A DNA stretch of 64,000 nt from Mobula hypostoma (Eukaryota): NCBI RefSeq assembly GCF_963921235.1, contig NC_086108.1, forward strand, positions 49,726,001-49,790,000, in the 5' to 3' direction. Under the pieces are notes generated by a model, which saw only the letters and a program-made list of their open reading frames with translations, was not told where the DNA came from and ran no database searches. Of this stretch, positions 1-13,560 are shown piece by piece; within the stretch, counting starts at the first letter, position 1, and each line of letters opens with the position of its first letter. The position numbers were made by a program, and so were the translations under genes.

Positions 1-1602
1 TTTAAGCTATGACAAACTGATGTCTAATTACACTGTCACTCACAGTGAACAAAAACATAATCATCCCATGGACATTTAAGCACCTTGGAGATACATTGCT
101 CTTGCCAGAATGGTCATCAACACAGTTGAAAATTCAGAGACGTTTCTTCTTTTTTAAAAAGATATGTCACACTTTTGACAGCTATTATTAGTTTCTAATG
201 TTTGTATAAGACACAAACTGAATGAATCCCTTCTGGCAACACGACTGTAGCATTTACACGAGGTCTCTGATTTACACTTTCATTAAATTGCCTTTTTTCT
301 CTACTTGCTGCACTAAGAAAATAGATAATGTCAAGAAGGTCTTTTAATTCATGACTCCAATTCTTTAACCAAAGCCTAGAAATTAGATTGTGTAATGATT
401 TTATTTCATCATTATGCAATGAAGGCTCTTTTAGTTCAAAGATGAGATGTAATAATCATCGTTCAATCTGCAACTGCTGGCCATGTCTTTGCATTGGGCA
501 CCCATGGATACCTCTGTTCCTCTTGCATTCCATTTATGATATCAGATGGCCCTCTTCCAGAACTGACTACCATTGGACAGTCTTACACAGTACTCGTTTG
601 GGCTTGTGTCCCTATTTACTCTGAAGCTCTGCTGTCACCTTTCTGACAACCACATGACACAACTCTATTGCTCTTCCCACAAAGGGCCAAGCCTCTACCT
701 AGCCTCAGTGGAAAACCTGAATTCCATATCTCTCCTTTGGCCACATTCCACCACTCCACCTCAACCTTGCCCATCTAGCTGATTGCTATCTCATTTACAA
801 GGACTGATCTTGCTTTGCTTATCTTGCATTGTTCCTCATTCCCAACGTTGCCCTTTGGCTTAGAGTTGTTGTCCTCTCACCCTTGCCCCAGACTTGGATA
901 CAGGGAATACATTTTGGACAATGGAAATGTGCAATGTTCTTTCAGTAAGAGGCCAGACCTTGAGTACCACTGAAATCTGTAGACGGGGTCCATGACAGAA
1001 TCCTTCATGAGTGCTTTGTATAATGACTGTCCAGCCCTCCTAGAATTTCTAGGCATATTATTTCCAGCAGTTGTCATTGGATGATCAGGTGGGGAGCTTG
1101 GACAGTTCCCGTTCTGCAGCACAGGGGTGTGAAAGGAAATTACAACTCTGTATCACCTATTGGTCGAGCTCAGAGCAAAACAGATGTCTGTGGTTTTGTT
1201 TGCACATATTTTTTCCAAAGTACATGGACTTGGACTAGGATGGTAAAACTGGCTTTAAGGGGCCAAATAACTACTTGTGTTGCAATATTCTTCCAGCCCT
1301 CAACAAGTCTCACTCTCACCTTATTGTTCTGCCTCAGCACTTCAGCAGTCCTTGCATTTAGCTCTGAACAAAATACAACATGGATAGGAGGATATGGGAT
1401 AGTCTGCACGCAGTATGTCTCTCTTTAGTGGAGAGAGTGTTGAAAGCCGCTCTCACGGAAGAGGATGAAAGTACAGGCTGAAGCTTCTCTCTCTCTCACG
1501 TAGCAAGTTCACACACAGCATTTTATATCCTGCTCGGCAATGGGGCAGAGTGCCAGGAGGCCCAGAAAGGGAGGAAGCTCAATATGATTCCGAACAAATT
1601 AT

Positions 1603-1708
1603 TCCTGACGAAGGGTCTCGGCCTGAAACGTCTCGACTGCACCTCTTCCTACAGATGCTGCCTGGCCTGCTGCGTTCACCAGCAACTTTGATGTGTGTCG
1701 CTTCAATT
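1603..1708 (+). mobile_element. Short Penelope pLTR-derived fragment starting at a minimal hammerhead motif
   Basis: TCCTGACGAAGGGTCTCGGCCTGAAACGTC(TC)GACTGCACC...GCTGCGTTCACCAGCAACTTTGATG is near-identical to the reverse complement of the 3' end of the Penelope element at 53345-53444. Confidence 0.85.
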
Positions 1709-2029
1709 AAAAATGGATTGTTTTTAAAAATGGATTTACTTTCTCAGCAGAAATCTGCATTACACAAACTCTTGTTCTCAATGTGCAGTCCAGATGTAAA
1801 ATAGGGAAGCTAGATGTTTTGAGTAAAAGGTTCATGCCGTAAGCTCTGATAACCTCTGACAATTCTCATGACAAGCCACTGGAAGAAAAATAAAAACTAC
1901 ACCACCACCATTTGCACAGCCTACTCTGCCCCGAAGTCTCACTGTGATGAAAATACAACATGACCTACAAAGTTTGTATTTAATTAAAGCCTGGGCACCT
2001 CATTGACCTATTTCAGCAATTCAATATTG

Positions 2030-4460
2030 TCTAGTGAAGTCAAGTTTATTGTCATTTAACTATATACATGCAAACCATCAAACAAGACATCATTTCTCTG
2101 GACATAAAGCACCAAAGTACACATAACACACATATCACACACAATAACTTTGGAAAGTAAGAATTAAATCTACATACGAATTACGCATAGATAAGCAAAG
2201 TCAGAAAGGCCTGGCAATCTTCTTCCAGATCTTGCCACACAAACCCTATGGACAATATACACTTTCAATAGGGTCGCCATGAGCCGACGATGACTCAGCT
2301 GCATTCAACAACAAAACAAAGTAAAGTTCATGAATTCAATATTGTAGGCTACAGTACAAGTTATCTGGTGACACTTCAAATGTGATTTGGTATGGAGTTC
2401 AGAAGACTAATGGCCTGAGGGAAGAAACTGTTTCTCATCCTGACCATTCTTGTCTTTATGCATCGTGGTCTCCTGCCTAATGGTAGAAAGTTAAAGAGGA
2501 CGCTGGATGGATAGGTGGGGATCCTTAATAATACTAAAGGACGTGCGTATGCAATGATCCAGATAAATGTCCCCAATGGATGGTAGGGAGACCCCTATGA
2601 TCCTCTCAGCTGTTCTCACAGTCCTTTGTAGGGACTTCTGGTCGATGCTTGGCTGCTCCTATACCAGATGGAGATGCACCTTGTCAGGTCACTCTCAGTG
2701 GTGCTCCTGTAAAACACAGTTAAGATGGGAGGTGGGAGCCCTGCTTGCCTCAATCTTCTTTGGAAGTGGAGGTGCTGCTGTGCCTTCTTGTTCAGACAGG
2801 TGATATTGAGGGATCAGGTGACGTCATCCATGAAATGAACTCCCGGGAACTTGATGCCCTTAACTCTCTCTACAGAAGAGCCATGTGTACGCAGAGGGGG
2901 ATGGTTCATCTGCACCTTCCTAAAATCCACAATCATTTCCTTGGTCTTCTCCATGTTTAGATTTGGGTTGTTGTCCTCACACCAGTCCACCAGCCGCTCC
3001 ACTTCCTCTTTGTATTCATTGCCGTTATCAATGAGGCCAACCTCTGTTGTGTCATCCACAAACCTGATGACAAGATTTGGGCTGGATCCTGCGACACAGT
3101 CATGCGTCAGCAGTGTGAACAGCAACGGCTGAACATATAGCCATGGGGAGCACCAGTGCTCAACATAACGGGACGAGAGATGTTGCGGCCCACATGGACT
3201 GGACTCTGGCCTTTCTGTTAAGAAGTCCAGGATCCAGTTAGAGAGGCAGGCTTCGAGACCTAGCGAGAACAGTTTCCTCACCATCTGGGGTATGATGGTG
3301 TTAACAGCAGTCTATAAAGAGCAGCTTGACATGTGAGAGCCCATTTTCCGGTTGGGACAGGACAGAGGAGAGGTCAAAGGCTATTGTATAATCAGTGGAT
3401 TGATTTGAATGATAAGCGAATTGGAAAGGGTTCAGTGTAGTCGGGAGAAAGGCTTTACTGTGCTCCATGGCCAGCCGCTCAAAGCATTTCATAATGGTTG
3501 ATGTTAATGCCACTGGCCGACAGTCATTTAGGTAGGTGGCTGTCGCCCTCTTTGGCACTGGATGATGGTTGCCACCTTGAAGACCAAAGGGACAATGGAT
3601 TGTTCCAGAGAGATGAGATGTTGACTATATCCGTCAGCACCTCAGTTATCTAGGCTGCGCAGTCCTTCAGAAACCAACCTGACACATTAACAGGCCCCAC
3701 AGCTTGGCATGGGTTGACCTTGGCCAGGGTTTTCCTCACCTCAGCTTCAGCCAGACAAAATGTCTACTCCCCTGGGAGAGGGGGTGCCTTCCTCACCAAT
3801 ATTTTGTTCTGTGCATCAAAGAGGGCATAAAAGACTTTCTGCCTGTCAGAGAATGAGGCGTCCTGGTCACTGATGCACAGGGTAGACTTGTAGTCTGTAA
3901 TCCTCTGAATTCCCTGCCCCACATGCGCCTCGTGTCTCTGGTATCATAGAAGCAGCTGTAAATTTGCTGAGAATGCTCCTGTTTCACCTTCCTGATAGAG
4001 TGAGAAAGCACAGTTCTTGCATCCCTGAAAGCTGCCACATGCTCCAAAGGCAGCACCATGGTCCTCTGGCCACACACGGACTTCTGCAGTAAACCATGGC
4101 TTCTGATTTGCCCTCACCTGGATGTGTTTCGTGATGGTAACATCCTCAGTACACTTCTCTATGTAGCTGGTCACAGAATCCACTTATTCCTCGATGTTAA
4201 CATGTTTGCCATTGGTAGCAGCCTCCATTCTCCAGTTCGTGTTTTGAAAGCAGTCCTGCAATGCTGAGATTACCCCCTCAAGCCAGGTTTTCACCACCTT
4301 TAGAACCAGTATGGCCTGTTTAATCAGTAGTTTGTAAACTGGAATTAGCATAACAGGTAAGTGATTTGAGAGCCCAACGTGGGTCTGGGGAACTGCTTTA
4401 TATGCACCTGGTAAACCAGTTCTAGTGTACTTTCACCTCTGGTAGCATGAGTGAATGATC
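2030..4460 (-). mobile_element. Degenerate Rex1/Babar-type LINE (endonuclease end, RT, 3' UTR)
   Basis: Minus-strand peptides [74 protein letters not shown] and RMRNSFFPQAI; many frameshifts. Confidence 0.85.
2201..2312 (+). mobile_element. Short nested insertion resembling an RTE-type 3' end
   Basis: GGGTCGCCATGAGCCGACGATGACTC followed by a (CAA)n tail; flanked by AAGCAAAGT / AAACAAAGT, a possible TSD; lies inside the Rex1 3' UTR. Confidence 0.4.
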
Positions 4461-4754
4461 AACTATTTTTTGAAAGATTGCTTTTCATTATTTGAATAAC
4501 CCCATATTTCTATAATATTGCTTAAGTAATTACCATACTGAAAGTAATTTTAACTTCCGGAAAAAAGATTTTGCTTTCTCATTTATCAGTGTGTGAAAAG
4601 TTTTGGATAGGAAGATTTATGTGCTTTTTATTTACAATTTATTGAAGAATCTGTCAAGACATGCAGAGAAGGTTTGACCCAAAGGCAGAGCAACAGAAAT
4701 GATTTTGCAGTGAAAGATAACTTATTAATAAACTGCAAAACAACAAGCCTTGAA

Positions 4755-5712
4755 GGGTCACAAAATGAGAGAGATGGGTTTGTCTCTCGGGATCCCAGGA
4801 AGACTAAACATTGTGCAGTCATCTGTGGATACGCAGTTGGCTTCGGAGGCCCAAGGCCGAAGCACACATGCGGTTGCAGGTTGGACATGGAATGGCGGTT
4901 GTTAGAACAGGTGCGTACACAGCTATGTGGCGTTCGTCTCGTGCTGCTGCAAGGCACTGATTTTAGTCATCCTCAAAGTCAGATGCAGCTTTTCTGGTCA
5001 GGGCGCGCCATGCAGCCCTGTCGGCTGCGAACTCCTCAAGTTGTCGAGGCCGGAGGTCTGCCCATTTGATGTACGATTTCAGATTGTCTTCGAATCTTTT
5101 TTTTGGGGTGGCCTTGATTGCGACTGCCATGCTCAAGCTCGCGGTAGAGCAGCTGCCTGGGGATTCTTGTTTCACCCATGCGGATTACATGGCCAGTCCA
5201 GCGTAGCTGGGCCTGGAGGATCCTTGCCTCAATGCTTGTGCTATTGGCTCTGTCAAGGACTTCCTGGCTGGTGATACGGTCCTGCCATCAAATCCTCATG
5301 ATCGACCGCAGAGAGCGCATGTGAAACTGCTCCAGCTGTTTGATGTGCCTGCGGTACAGGATCCAGGTTTTGCAGCCGTACAGGAGAGGGGTGAGGACCA
5401 CAGCCTTGTACACCTTGAGCTTGGTTGAAAGCTGAATGGCCTTGGGCTCCAGAACATTGACACTGAGTTTCCTGAGTGCCCGGCTGGCTTTCTGGATCCT
5501 TGCTATGATCTCTTTGTCAAGGGATCCGTCACTGGAGATGGTGCTTCCTAGATACTTGAAGCTCTCCACATTCTTCAGGACAGTGCCGTCAATGGTGATG
5601 CATGGCTGAGGAGGGTGACTGTTTAGTACAGGTTGTAGGAGAACTTCTGTCTTACCAAGGCTGACTGTCAGGCCGAACAGCTTTGAGGCTGCGGAGAACT
5701 TGTCGACAAACA
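4755..5712 (-). mobile_element. 5'-truncated RTE-clade LINE (C-terminal RT region)
   Basis: FGLTVSLGKTEVL, FKYLGSTISSDGSLDKEIIARIQKAS, TKLKVYKAVVLTPLLYGCKTW and PKKRFEDNLK..ADRAAWR are typical RTE/BovB-like ORF motifs. Confidence 0.85.
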
Positions 5713-5723
5713 GATATTTAAAC

Positions 5724-5912
5724 ATGACACAGCAACAAAGTAACAGAAAGCTGGGAGCAACTGATTGTGGTCAGCTGGTTCAAGAAGTGAACAAGGATTG
5801 TGGATGTGAGCTGGGTTAAAATAGGCTGCAGGCGATGAGTCAGAAACAAGTGGCGGGTGACTCCTGTTAGCTGGGTGGGGACGAGGAAGTGCCTGACTGT
5901 GTAGGCTTGATC
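5724..5912 (-). repeat. 3' LTR of the Gypsy element
   Basis: Preceded on minus by the polypurine tract GGAGGAGAAGGGGAC; ends ...TGTGTCA; shares TGACTCCTGTTAGCTGGGTGG with 9440-9493. Confidence 0.7.
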
Positions 5913-8900
5913 GGTCCCCTTCTCCTCCGGCCAGGGTGATCTGGATGGGCCTGCTGGAACTCCTCGATGAGCAATGGATCCAAAATAAAACTGGATGGCA
6001 GCAAGACCTCTCCTCTGGACTGTACCCTTCCCAGTCAATCAGGTACTGCACACCTCATCCATGACGATGAATCCATCATCCAGCAAACTGTACACGTTAG
6101 ACCACCTTCCACCATCCTAGGTTCCGGAGGTGGTGGCTCTGGTGGGTTGAATGGTCCACGGACAACAGGCTTGAGGCGGGATATGTGGAAGGTAGGTGGA
6201 ATCCTGTATGATGGTGGCAGCTGGAGACAATAAGTGACTGGATTGATGTGACAGACAATCTCGAAGGGGCCAACGAACCGGGGTGAGAGCTTGCGGGAGA
6301 TGGTGCACGGGGGCGGATCTCAGGTGAACAACCAGACACAATTCCCAGGCTGGCGTAATCTGGATGGATGCTGCCAGCAGTTGGCCTGGCAGTAGTAGGC
6401 ACAGTTGGCAGAAAAGATGGTCTTCTTCCAAGCAATTTTAGCCACAGTGAAACAGGAGCCTGGCAGACAGGAACTCTGCTGGTGGCTCCTCCACAGGGAA
6501 CAACAGGAGTTGGTAGCCATGAAGCACTTCAGAGGTGATGTACCTGTGGTAGAGGAGATGTGTGGATTGTGGGACAGAGTAGATGGTTCTTCTATGTGGA
6601 AGGGTTTGAGGTGGGGAAGCTTTGCGGAAACTTCTCCACTTGCTCATTGGCTTTTTCTGAATGACCTTTGGTCTGCGGATGATAGCCAGAGGACAAACTC
6701 ACTGAGGTAGGGAGGAAGGAGCAGAGGGCTCGCCAGAAGTGGGAGACAAATTGTGCAGCCCAGTCCAACATAATGTCCTGAAGGAAACTGTGGAGAAAAA
6801 CTACATGTTGGAGGACCAGGTCTGCTGTTTCATTGACTGATAGAAATCGGGGGAGAACAATGAAGTGGGCCACCTTGGAGAACCAGTCCACCACTGTCCA
6901 CGTCAGAAGGTGGCAAGCCTGTGATGAAATCCATGGCAATGTGGGACCATGGGCATTGAGGAACTGGTAGAGAGCACAGGAGCCCAGAGGGCTGCTGGTT
7001 GAAGAACTGGATAGGGCACATTGAGGACAGGGAGCGATGAACTGACATACATCAGCGAGGGGTGAGGAGTGGGCACATTGGAGTACCTCAGAGAACATGG
7101 CCATGGCATGTACATGCGGTTGTCAGGTGTGTTGGCAGACCAGGCTCGTGCTGTAGGGCCTGACGGATCTGGTTCTCAAGGTCCCAGATGATCGGGGTGA
7201 GGATCTGTGTGGATGGAATGATGGGCTGAGGGCTGACCCTCATTTCAATGGTGTTGAACTGTTGAGACAGGGTGTCCACCTTAGTGCTCTTGGAGCTGGG
7301 CTGGTAGGAGATGGAGAAGTTGAATTGCTTGAAGAAGAGGGCCCAGTGAGTCTGATGTGGGTTGAGTTGGCAGTTCTGCAGTATGGATATGAGCTTCTGG
7401 TGGTCAGTCCAGAACAGGAAGGGCATGGTGTTTCCCATCAGCCAATTTCTCCGTGCCTTTGAGCTGCACTTAATGACAAGTAGCTTCCTGTTTCATACAA
7501 CGTAACAGTGCTGTGTAGAGTTGAACTTGTGCAAGAAGAAGGCACAAGGGTGTCCGGTCCTCCCTGGAGTGGATGGCCACGGTGCCCACGTCAAGTGCAT
7601 CCACCTCTGCCACAAAAGTTCTGGCGGGGTTCAGATGGCAGAGTGTGGTAGTGAAGCATCTGTTGAGCTCTTCGATAGCAAGGTCCACAGCAGCAGACCA
7701 GGTTATCTGTGAGGTAGATGAGAGGAGCAGTGATTTCCCTGTAGTTCCTGATGAAATGGCGGTGACATTGGAGAAGTTCAAGAAGCACTGTAGCTGTTGG
7801 AGGGAGCACGGTCGGGGCCAGTCAACGACGGCGTGCACTTCCTTTGGTTATGCTTTGGGGTGAACGGCTGTAACCCAGGAAAGAAATGACTGGGGTGTGG
7901 AACTGGCATGTTTTTAACTTGCAGTACAGTGGGTCTTTGAGAAAATGCTGAAGGACTGAACAGACACCTCAGACATGGTCTTCGGGGTCCTTGGAGAAGA
8001 TGAGATATTGTCGTGGTAGATGAACACATACCTGTGGGGCATGTCTTCAAGAATCTGACTGAAGAAGGCTTGGAAAACTGCTGCACTGTCCTGAAGTCCA
8101 AAAGGCATCACCAAGTATTGGTAGTGGCCAGAGGGTTTTATGAATGCCGTCTTCCTCTTACCTCCATGGCAGATGCAAATCAGGTTGAACACACCCTGTA
8201 GATCCAGTTTGGTGAAGATCTGAGTCCTATTGAGTGTTTTGAATGCATTATCCATCAAGGGAAGAGGGCAGTGGTTTTTAATGCTGATTTCATTGAGTCC
8301 ATGGTAATCAATGCAGGGATGAAGACCCCATCTTTCTTTTTGACAAAGAAGAATCCTGCACTAGCTGGGGACTGGGATGGCCAAATGAAGCCATGTGCTT
8401 TGGCAATGTGGTCATTCATGGCTTTGGTCTCAGGAGGGGATAGGCTAAACAGACAATCTCAGGGAAGGGTGGTGCCCGGGAGGAGGTTTGTTGCACAGTG
8501 GGATGGTTTGTGAGGTGGCGGGGTGTTGGCTTTTCTTTTACTGAGGGAGATGGCTGAGCCATGGTATTCCTGTGGGCGTAAGGTGAGGTTGAGAATTTCC
8601 TCCAACTCCAAGGATTTACGGGGTTAAGTCAACTGTGGTTGTAGGCGAGTGGGTCCCCAACATGGTGGTGATGAAGCAAAGAGAGGGAGAGTCAGGGGTA
8701 ACCCGAGATGAGAAGAGTGTTGGGTGATTGGAAGAGCAGAAATTGGATCTACTCGTGGTGCTCTCTGATGCTTATGTGCACAGGCCACGTGCGCGCTCTG
8801 ACCATCCCAAACCCCAAGGAGTGTCTGTCAGTGGAAGTTATGCTCAGTAGGGAGTGCAAGCTGCGCACACACACAGTCAGACCCACAATGTTACCTGCCG

Positions 8901-9439
8901 CACCAGGACATACTGTGTGCATAAAGCTGTCGAGGTCTGGAGGAGCACAGGGAGAGTGAGCCAGGATATGATGTTGGAAAAAGAGGACGGGGGAGAAAGC
9001 GCCTCGGCACTACCTGATGGTGCTGTTTTCCAGTCGCAATGGGCACTTGTTGCGTGGGTTATTTGGTAGCTCTGCTGTAAGTGCACAAGTTGTTTCTCCA
9101 CTGATGCTCATGCTCTTGGGGGGGGGGGTGTGGTTTAAGAGAGCTCTCTCTAACTTCATAGGTTCTGGAGGAATTGATGATGAAGGTCCTGCAGCCTGAA
9201 ATGGTTTTAGGAACAGAACTAGGGTTCTGACTGACAATATGGAGAGTCATTCTGTAAGACTCTTGTCCATTCAGACAGCCTGAGTGATGAGGCTCTCAAG
9301 GTCGGTGGGCATCTTTCAGGTAGACAGCTTGTCTTTCAAGCACTCTGCAAGGATGTGATGGTAATGGGCCAGCAGCACCTCCGCATTCTAGCTGCCCTAC
9401 GCAGTGAGGGTCCTGAATTCCATGGATTCGAGTGGTAGT

Positions 9440-9493
9440 TGACTCCTGTTAGCTGGGTGGAGCCTCTGAAGTGTCTGTCTGTGCAGGCCTGAC
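9440..9493 (-). repeat. Truncated 5' LTR remnant of the Gypsy element
   Basis: Starts TGTCAGGCCTGCACAG on minus, homologous to 5858-5912; joined directly to gag sequence, which implies an internal deletion. Confidence 0.65.
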
Positions 9494-10029
9494 AGAGTCT
9501 GAAGATAATATCTAAATTAACACACTTAATGTGACAATGTGAAACTGTTTCATAAAATTAAATGTTGCATAATCAGGCTTACAGCAGTGAGCAACTTGAA
9601 GATTAGCACTTAAATCTTCTGATTTTCACTGGCACATAACTTGCCCCCGATGAATAAGGCAGAGCACGAGAGATAAGCAAGATGAAAATGAAGGAGATAA
9701 AGAAAAATGTCAGATTTAAATGTTATTTATTCTAGTCAATAAGTAACATACTTCCCTCTATTTTTTTTACTTCCCTGAAGGGATTTTAGAATAGAGTTTT
9801 TGCTGGGATGGTTTACACGAGTGTGGTGGGAACCTGAGCACCGGCTCAACAGGTAGAGGGGTTGAAGAAAGAGGTTCTGACAAGGAAGAAGAGACAGGGA
9901 CAGATTAAAAAAGCACAGGGGGGTTGATCCACTGAGGTCAAATAGGTAGAGCTCAAAAAATAAGGAAGGGACAATCACAGATGTGGTTATACCATAAACC
10001 TTCCAACAGCCAGCCAGCAGAAGATAGAG

Positions 10030-13000
10030 GAAAAGATACATAGTCAGATTCTAGAAAGCAACAGGGCTGTCAGAGGGGTGACTTTATCTTTCCCAATATT
10101 AACTGGATTTCCTTAATGTCAGAGACTTAGATAGGGCAGAATTTGTTAGGTGCTTCCAAGAGGGTTTCATGAAACAGTATATGAATAGTCCAACCATAGG
10201 ATCAACTCTACTGGGGAAACAAGCCTGGTCCGGTGTCTGGAGTTTCAGTGGGAGAGCATTTTGAGAACAATGATTTAAGTTTTAGGGTAGTTATGAAGAA
10301 GGATAAGGCTGGACTTTGGCCAGAAAACACTAAATTGAGGGAGGGAAAATTACATTATTACTAGGAAGGAACTGGGGAACAAATTGGGAACAGCTGTCAC
10401 TGGGCAAGTCCACATTTGACATGTGGTAGTTGTTTAAAGAGCAGCTGGTCAGAGGTCAGGAGTGGCATGTTTCACTAAGGAAGAAGGACAAGGATGGCAC
10501 AGTAGGGAACTATGAGAGAGTCTGTAAATTTATTCAAAAAGGAAAAGGAAGCATCTGTAATGTCTAGGAGATTGAAATCAGACAAGGCCTTTGAGGAATA
10601 TAAAGAATGCAGAAAAGAACTCAAGCGGAGAATTAAGATAGTGAAATGGGGCCATGAAGTGCCCAAGACAAATTGGATTGAGGTAGAATCCCAGGTATTT
10701 TGTACATACATTCAAAACAAGAGGACAGCTAGGGAAGGGTTAGGACTACTCAAGGACAAATATGTGGGCAAGATACTAAACGTGTACTTTGCACCAGTAC
10801 TCATCAAAGAGAAAATCGTATAGGCTAAGGAGATGAATGTGAGATATAGTTATACACTAAGACATTTTGAGGAGATACTGTTGTGTCTCATAAAGAGTAT
10901 TAAGGTGCACAGTCCTCGGTACCTCATGAGATCTATCATGAGGTAAGTACAGGCCAGTGAGCCTTACATCAGTGGGTGGGAAGCTACTGGAGAGGATTCT
11001 TAGGGTCAGTATTTAGTCATGTTGAGAAAATCATGGACAGTCAGCATGACTTTGTCCAGCGCAACTCTTGTTTACAAACAACTGAGTTTTTCGCAGAGGT
11101 GACAAAGATACTGAATGAGGGTAGGTCAGTGGATGCTGTTTACATGGACTTTAGTAAGGTATTTGTTAAGGCCGCTCATGGTAGGCTAAACCAGAAGATT
11201 AAGATGCATGAGATCCAAAGGGTAGAGCTGAAAGGGTGTTATTCTGACTGATGGTCTGTGGCAGAGGTATTTCACATGAATCAGTGCTGGAACCTTTGTT
11301 TGTAATATATGATGACTTGAATGAAAATGTAGATGAGTTGGTTAGTAGGTTTGCAGATGAATCAAAGATTCATGGTTCGCAGATGTTCTCAAAGGTTGGT
11401 GGGCTGTAGATATGTAGGATACTAGGATACTAATATGCATGGAGAAATAGCAGATGGAGTTTAATCTGAACAGGTTTGAGCTGCTGCAGTTTTGGAGGTC
11501 CAATGTAGGGGAAAGTATACAGCTAAAGGCGGGACCCTTAACTGCATTGATATATTGTACAGAGGAATCTTGGGGTCCAAATCCATAGATTCCTGAAAGT
11601 GGCAACAAAAAGTAATCAAACAGTATTGAAGGCATATGGCATGACTGTTTTCATCAACTGGGGTATTAAGTACGAGTCAGTAAGTCATGTTGTAGCTATG
11701 CAAAAGTGTTGGGCCACACTTCTGGACACTTGTTAGAGCAGGGGTCCCCAACCTTTCTTGCACTGTGGACCGGTTTAATATTGACAATATTCTTGCGGAC
11801 TGGCTGACCAGGGTGGGGGTTGGGGGGTGTCAATCATGACCGGAATATAGGTGAAACTATAAGTCACTTATAAGTGGCTAATAATACACTCAATTTCGTT
11901 TCTAAAAGGGTGATGGGAAACAGCGATACTCGAAGATGGTTCCTTATGTCCAGTCTATTCCGCAATTTAGTTTTCATTGCATTCGTTGCAGAAAATCTTG
12001 CTTCACAGAGATATGATGTTGGAAATGGAAGCAATGTTTTCAGTGCTTTCATGGCTATCTCAGGATATTCAGCCTTGACTTTGATCCAGAATGCCTGCAG
12101 AGATGTTATGTCAAACAGACTTTTCAGCCCACCGTCATTTGCAAGCTCGAGGAGTTGATCCTCTTCCTGCACTGACATGGATGATTCACTGGAGACATTC
12201 ACAAATCGGTCACGGACCCATTCCTTTGCATGTCTTGGGTCATCTGCGGTTGGGAAGTAACGCTCGAATTCTGCCGACAGCGAAGTTAGGTGATCACGCA
12301 ACAACTGTGAGAAAGATGGTGCAGCCTCAGTCTCTCCCAAATTCCCAGTTATTGTTGGGAACATGTCAAATATGCCCCTGTCTACTCGCTGATCCCCGCA
12401 GTTCCAGTTTGGCTTTGAAAGCAGACACTTTATCTGCCAACTTGAAGACAGTTGTCATTCTCCCCTGAAGTGACAAACTGAGTTCATTGAGCAGGTTGAA
12501 GATGTCACACAGCTAGCCACTAAGTACGACGCTCTCAGAGCAGCGGCATTTGTGGGGGTGGTGGCTCTCAGCACTTGCTTCTGTTCCACTTGCTCACGTT
12601 TTTTTCCGCTCAAAAAACTCAACAGGTTTGTCTTTAAGTTCAGGGTGCTTGGACTCAAGGTGCTGAAGCAGTTTTGAGGGCTTCACTGCCTCATTAGACC
12701 GCTTGTCTCCACATATCACACACAGGGGGCTTGGAGCGTGCGAGTCACTGGTCACAATAAAGCCATATTTTATGTACAACTCGTTGTATTTTCTGTTGAA
12801 GGAAGCTTTCTTTTTTTTTGCAGTCTCTGCCTCAGCTGTCTCTGCGTTATCATCATCGTTAGGCCTTTTATGTCCTCTTCCAAAGAAACTCTCAATCGAC
12901 GTTTATTTTTTACTCATACTGACTAATGACCTCGCGTATTCAACAGTGGCCGTGACAGGGAATGAGGAAAGGTGCAGCTAACTCATATTGCTTCTTACCG

Positions 13001-13560
13001 CCAAATCATATCGTTTCCTTGCGGCCCGGTAGCACTTGCTTTGCGGCCTGGTGGCTGGGGACCACTGTGTTAGAGTAACGACATGGAAGCTTTAGAAGGA
13101 ACGCAGAAGAGATTTACCAGGATGATACCTCGATTAGAAGGTATTATCGATAAGGAGAGATTATTAAACTGGGATGTTGGAGGCTGAAGGGAGACCTGAG
13201 AAAGGTTTATAAAATTATGACAGGCATAGTTAGGGTAGAGATTCTTTGTTGCTTACTCAGGGTAGAATTCTCAGATGCTGGAGAGCATAGCGTTAAAGTG
13301 AGAGGGGGAATGTTTAAAGGCGATATGCCAGGCAGGATTTTTTTTACACGGAATTGTAGATGCCTGGAATAGGCTGCCATGAGTAACGGTGGAAGCAGAT
13401 ATTACAGAGGTGTTTAAGAGACTGTTAGACAGGCACATAAATATGCAGGAAATGGAGGGATACTGATAATGTGCAGGCTGAAGGGATTAATTCAGCATCA
13501 TGTTCAGAACAGACATTGTCGGCTAAGGGGCCTGTTCCTGTGCTGTTCTTTTCTAGGTTC
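10030..13560 (+). mobile_element. Degenerate CR1-type LINE ORF2 and 3' end, interrupted by a hAT element
   Basis: SQHDFVQRNSCLQTTEFFAEVTK..VDAVYMDFSKVF RT motifs; 3' region homologous to the CR1 at 52600-53135. Confidence 0.8.
11739..13067 (-). mobile_element. Internally deleted hAT (Buster/Charlie, ZBED5/SCAND3-like) DNA transposon
   Basis: TIRs CAGGGGTCCCCA / TGGGGACCACTG; exact 8-bp TSD TGTTAGAG (11731-11738, 13068-13075); BED finger PLCVICGDKRSNEAVKPSKLLQHLESKH; dimerisation domain FWIKVKAEYPEIAMKALKTLLPFPTSYLCEARFS. Confidence 0.93.

Larger units (their letters stand above)
5724..9493 (-). mobile_element. Decayed Gypsy/Ty3 LTR retrotransposon with chromodomain integrase (chromovirus, Sushi-like)
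   Basis: Domains in order on minus: gag (EPMKL..), RT ([30 protein letters not shown]), RNase H (FVAEVDALDVG), integrase ([24 protein letters not shown]) and chromodomain ([15 protein letters not shown]). Many stops and frameshifts. Confidence 0.88.

Noticed and set aside
195..1430. Several short ORFs at the window start
   Set aside because: No motifs, overlapping on both strands, and lengths compatible with chance.
11864..12779. ZBED5/SCAND3-like host gene
   Set aside because: Bounded by TIRs and a TSD, internally deleted and frameshifted: a transposon relic, not a domesticated gene.
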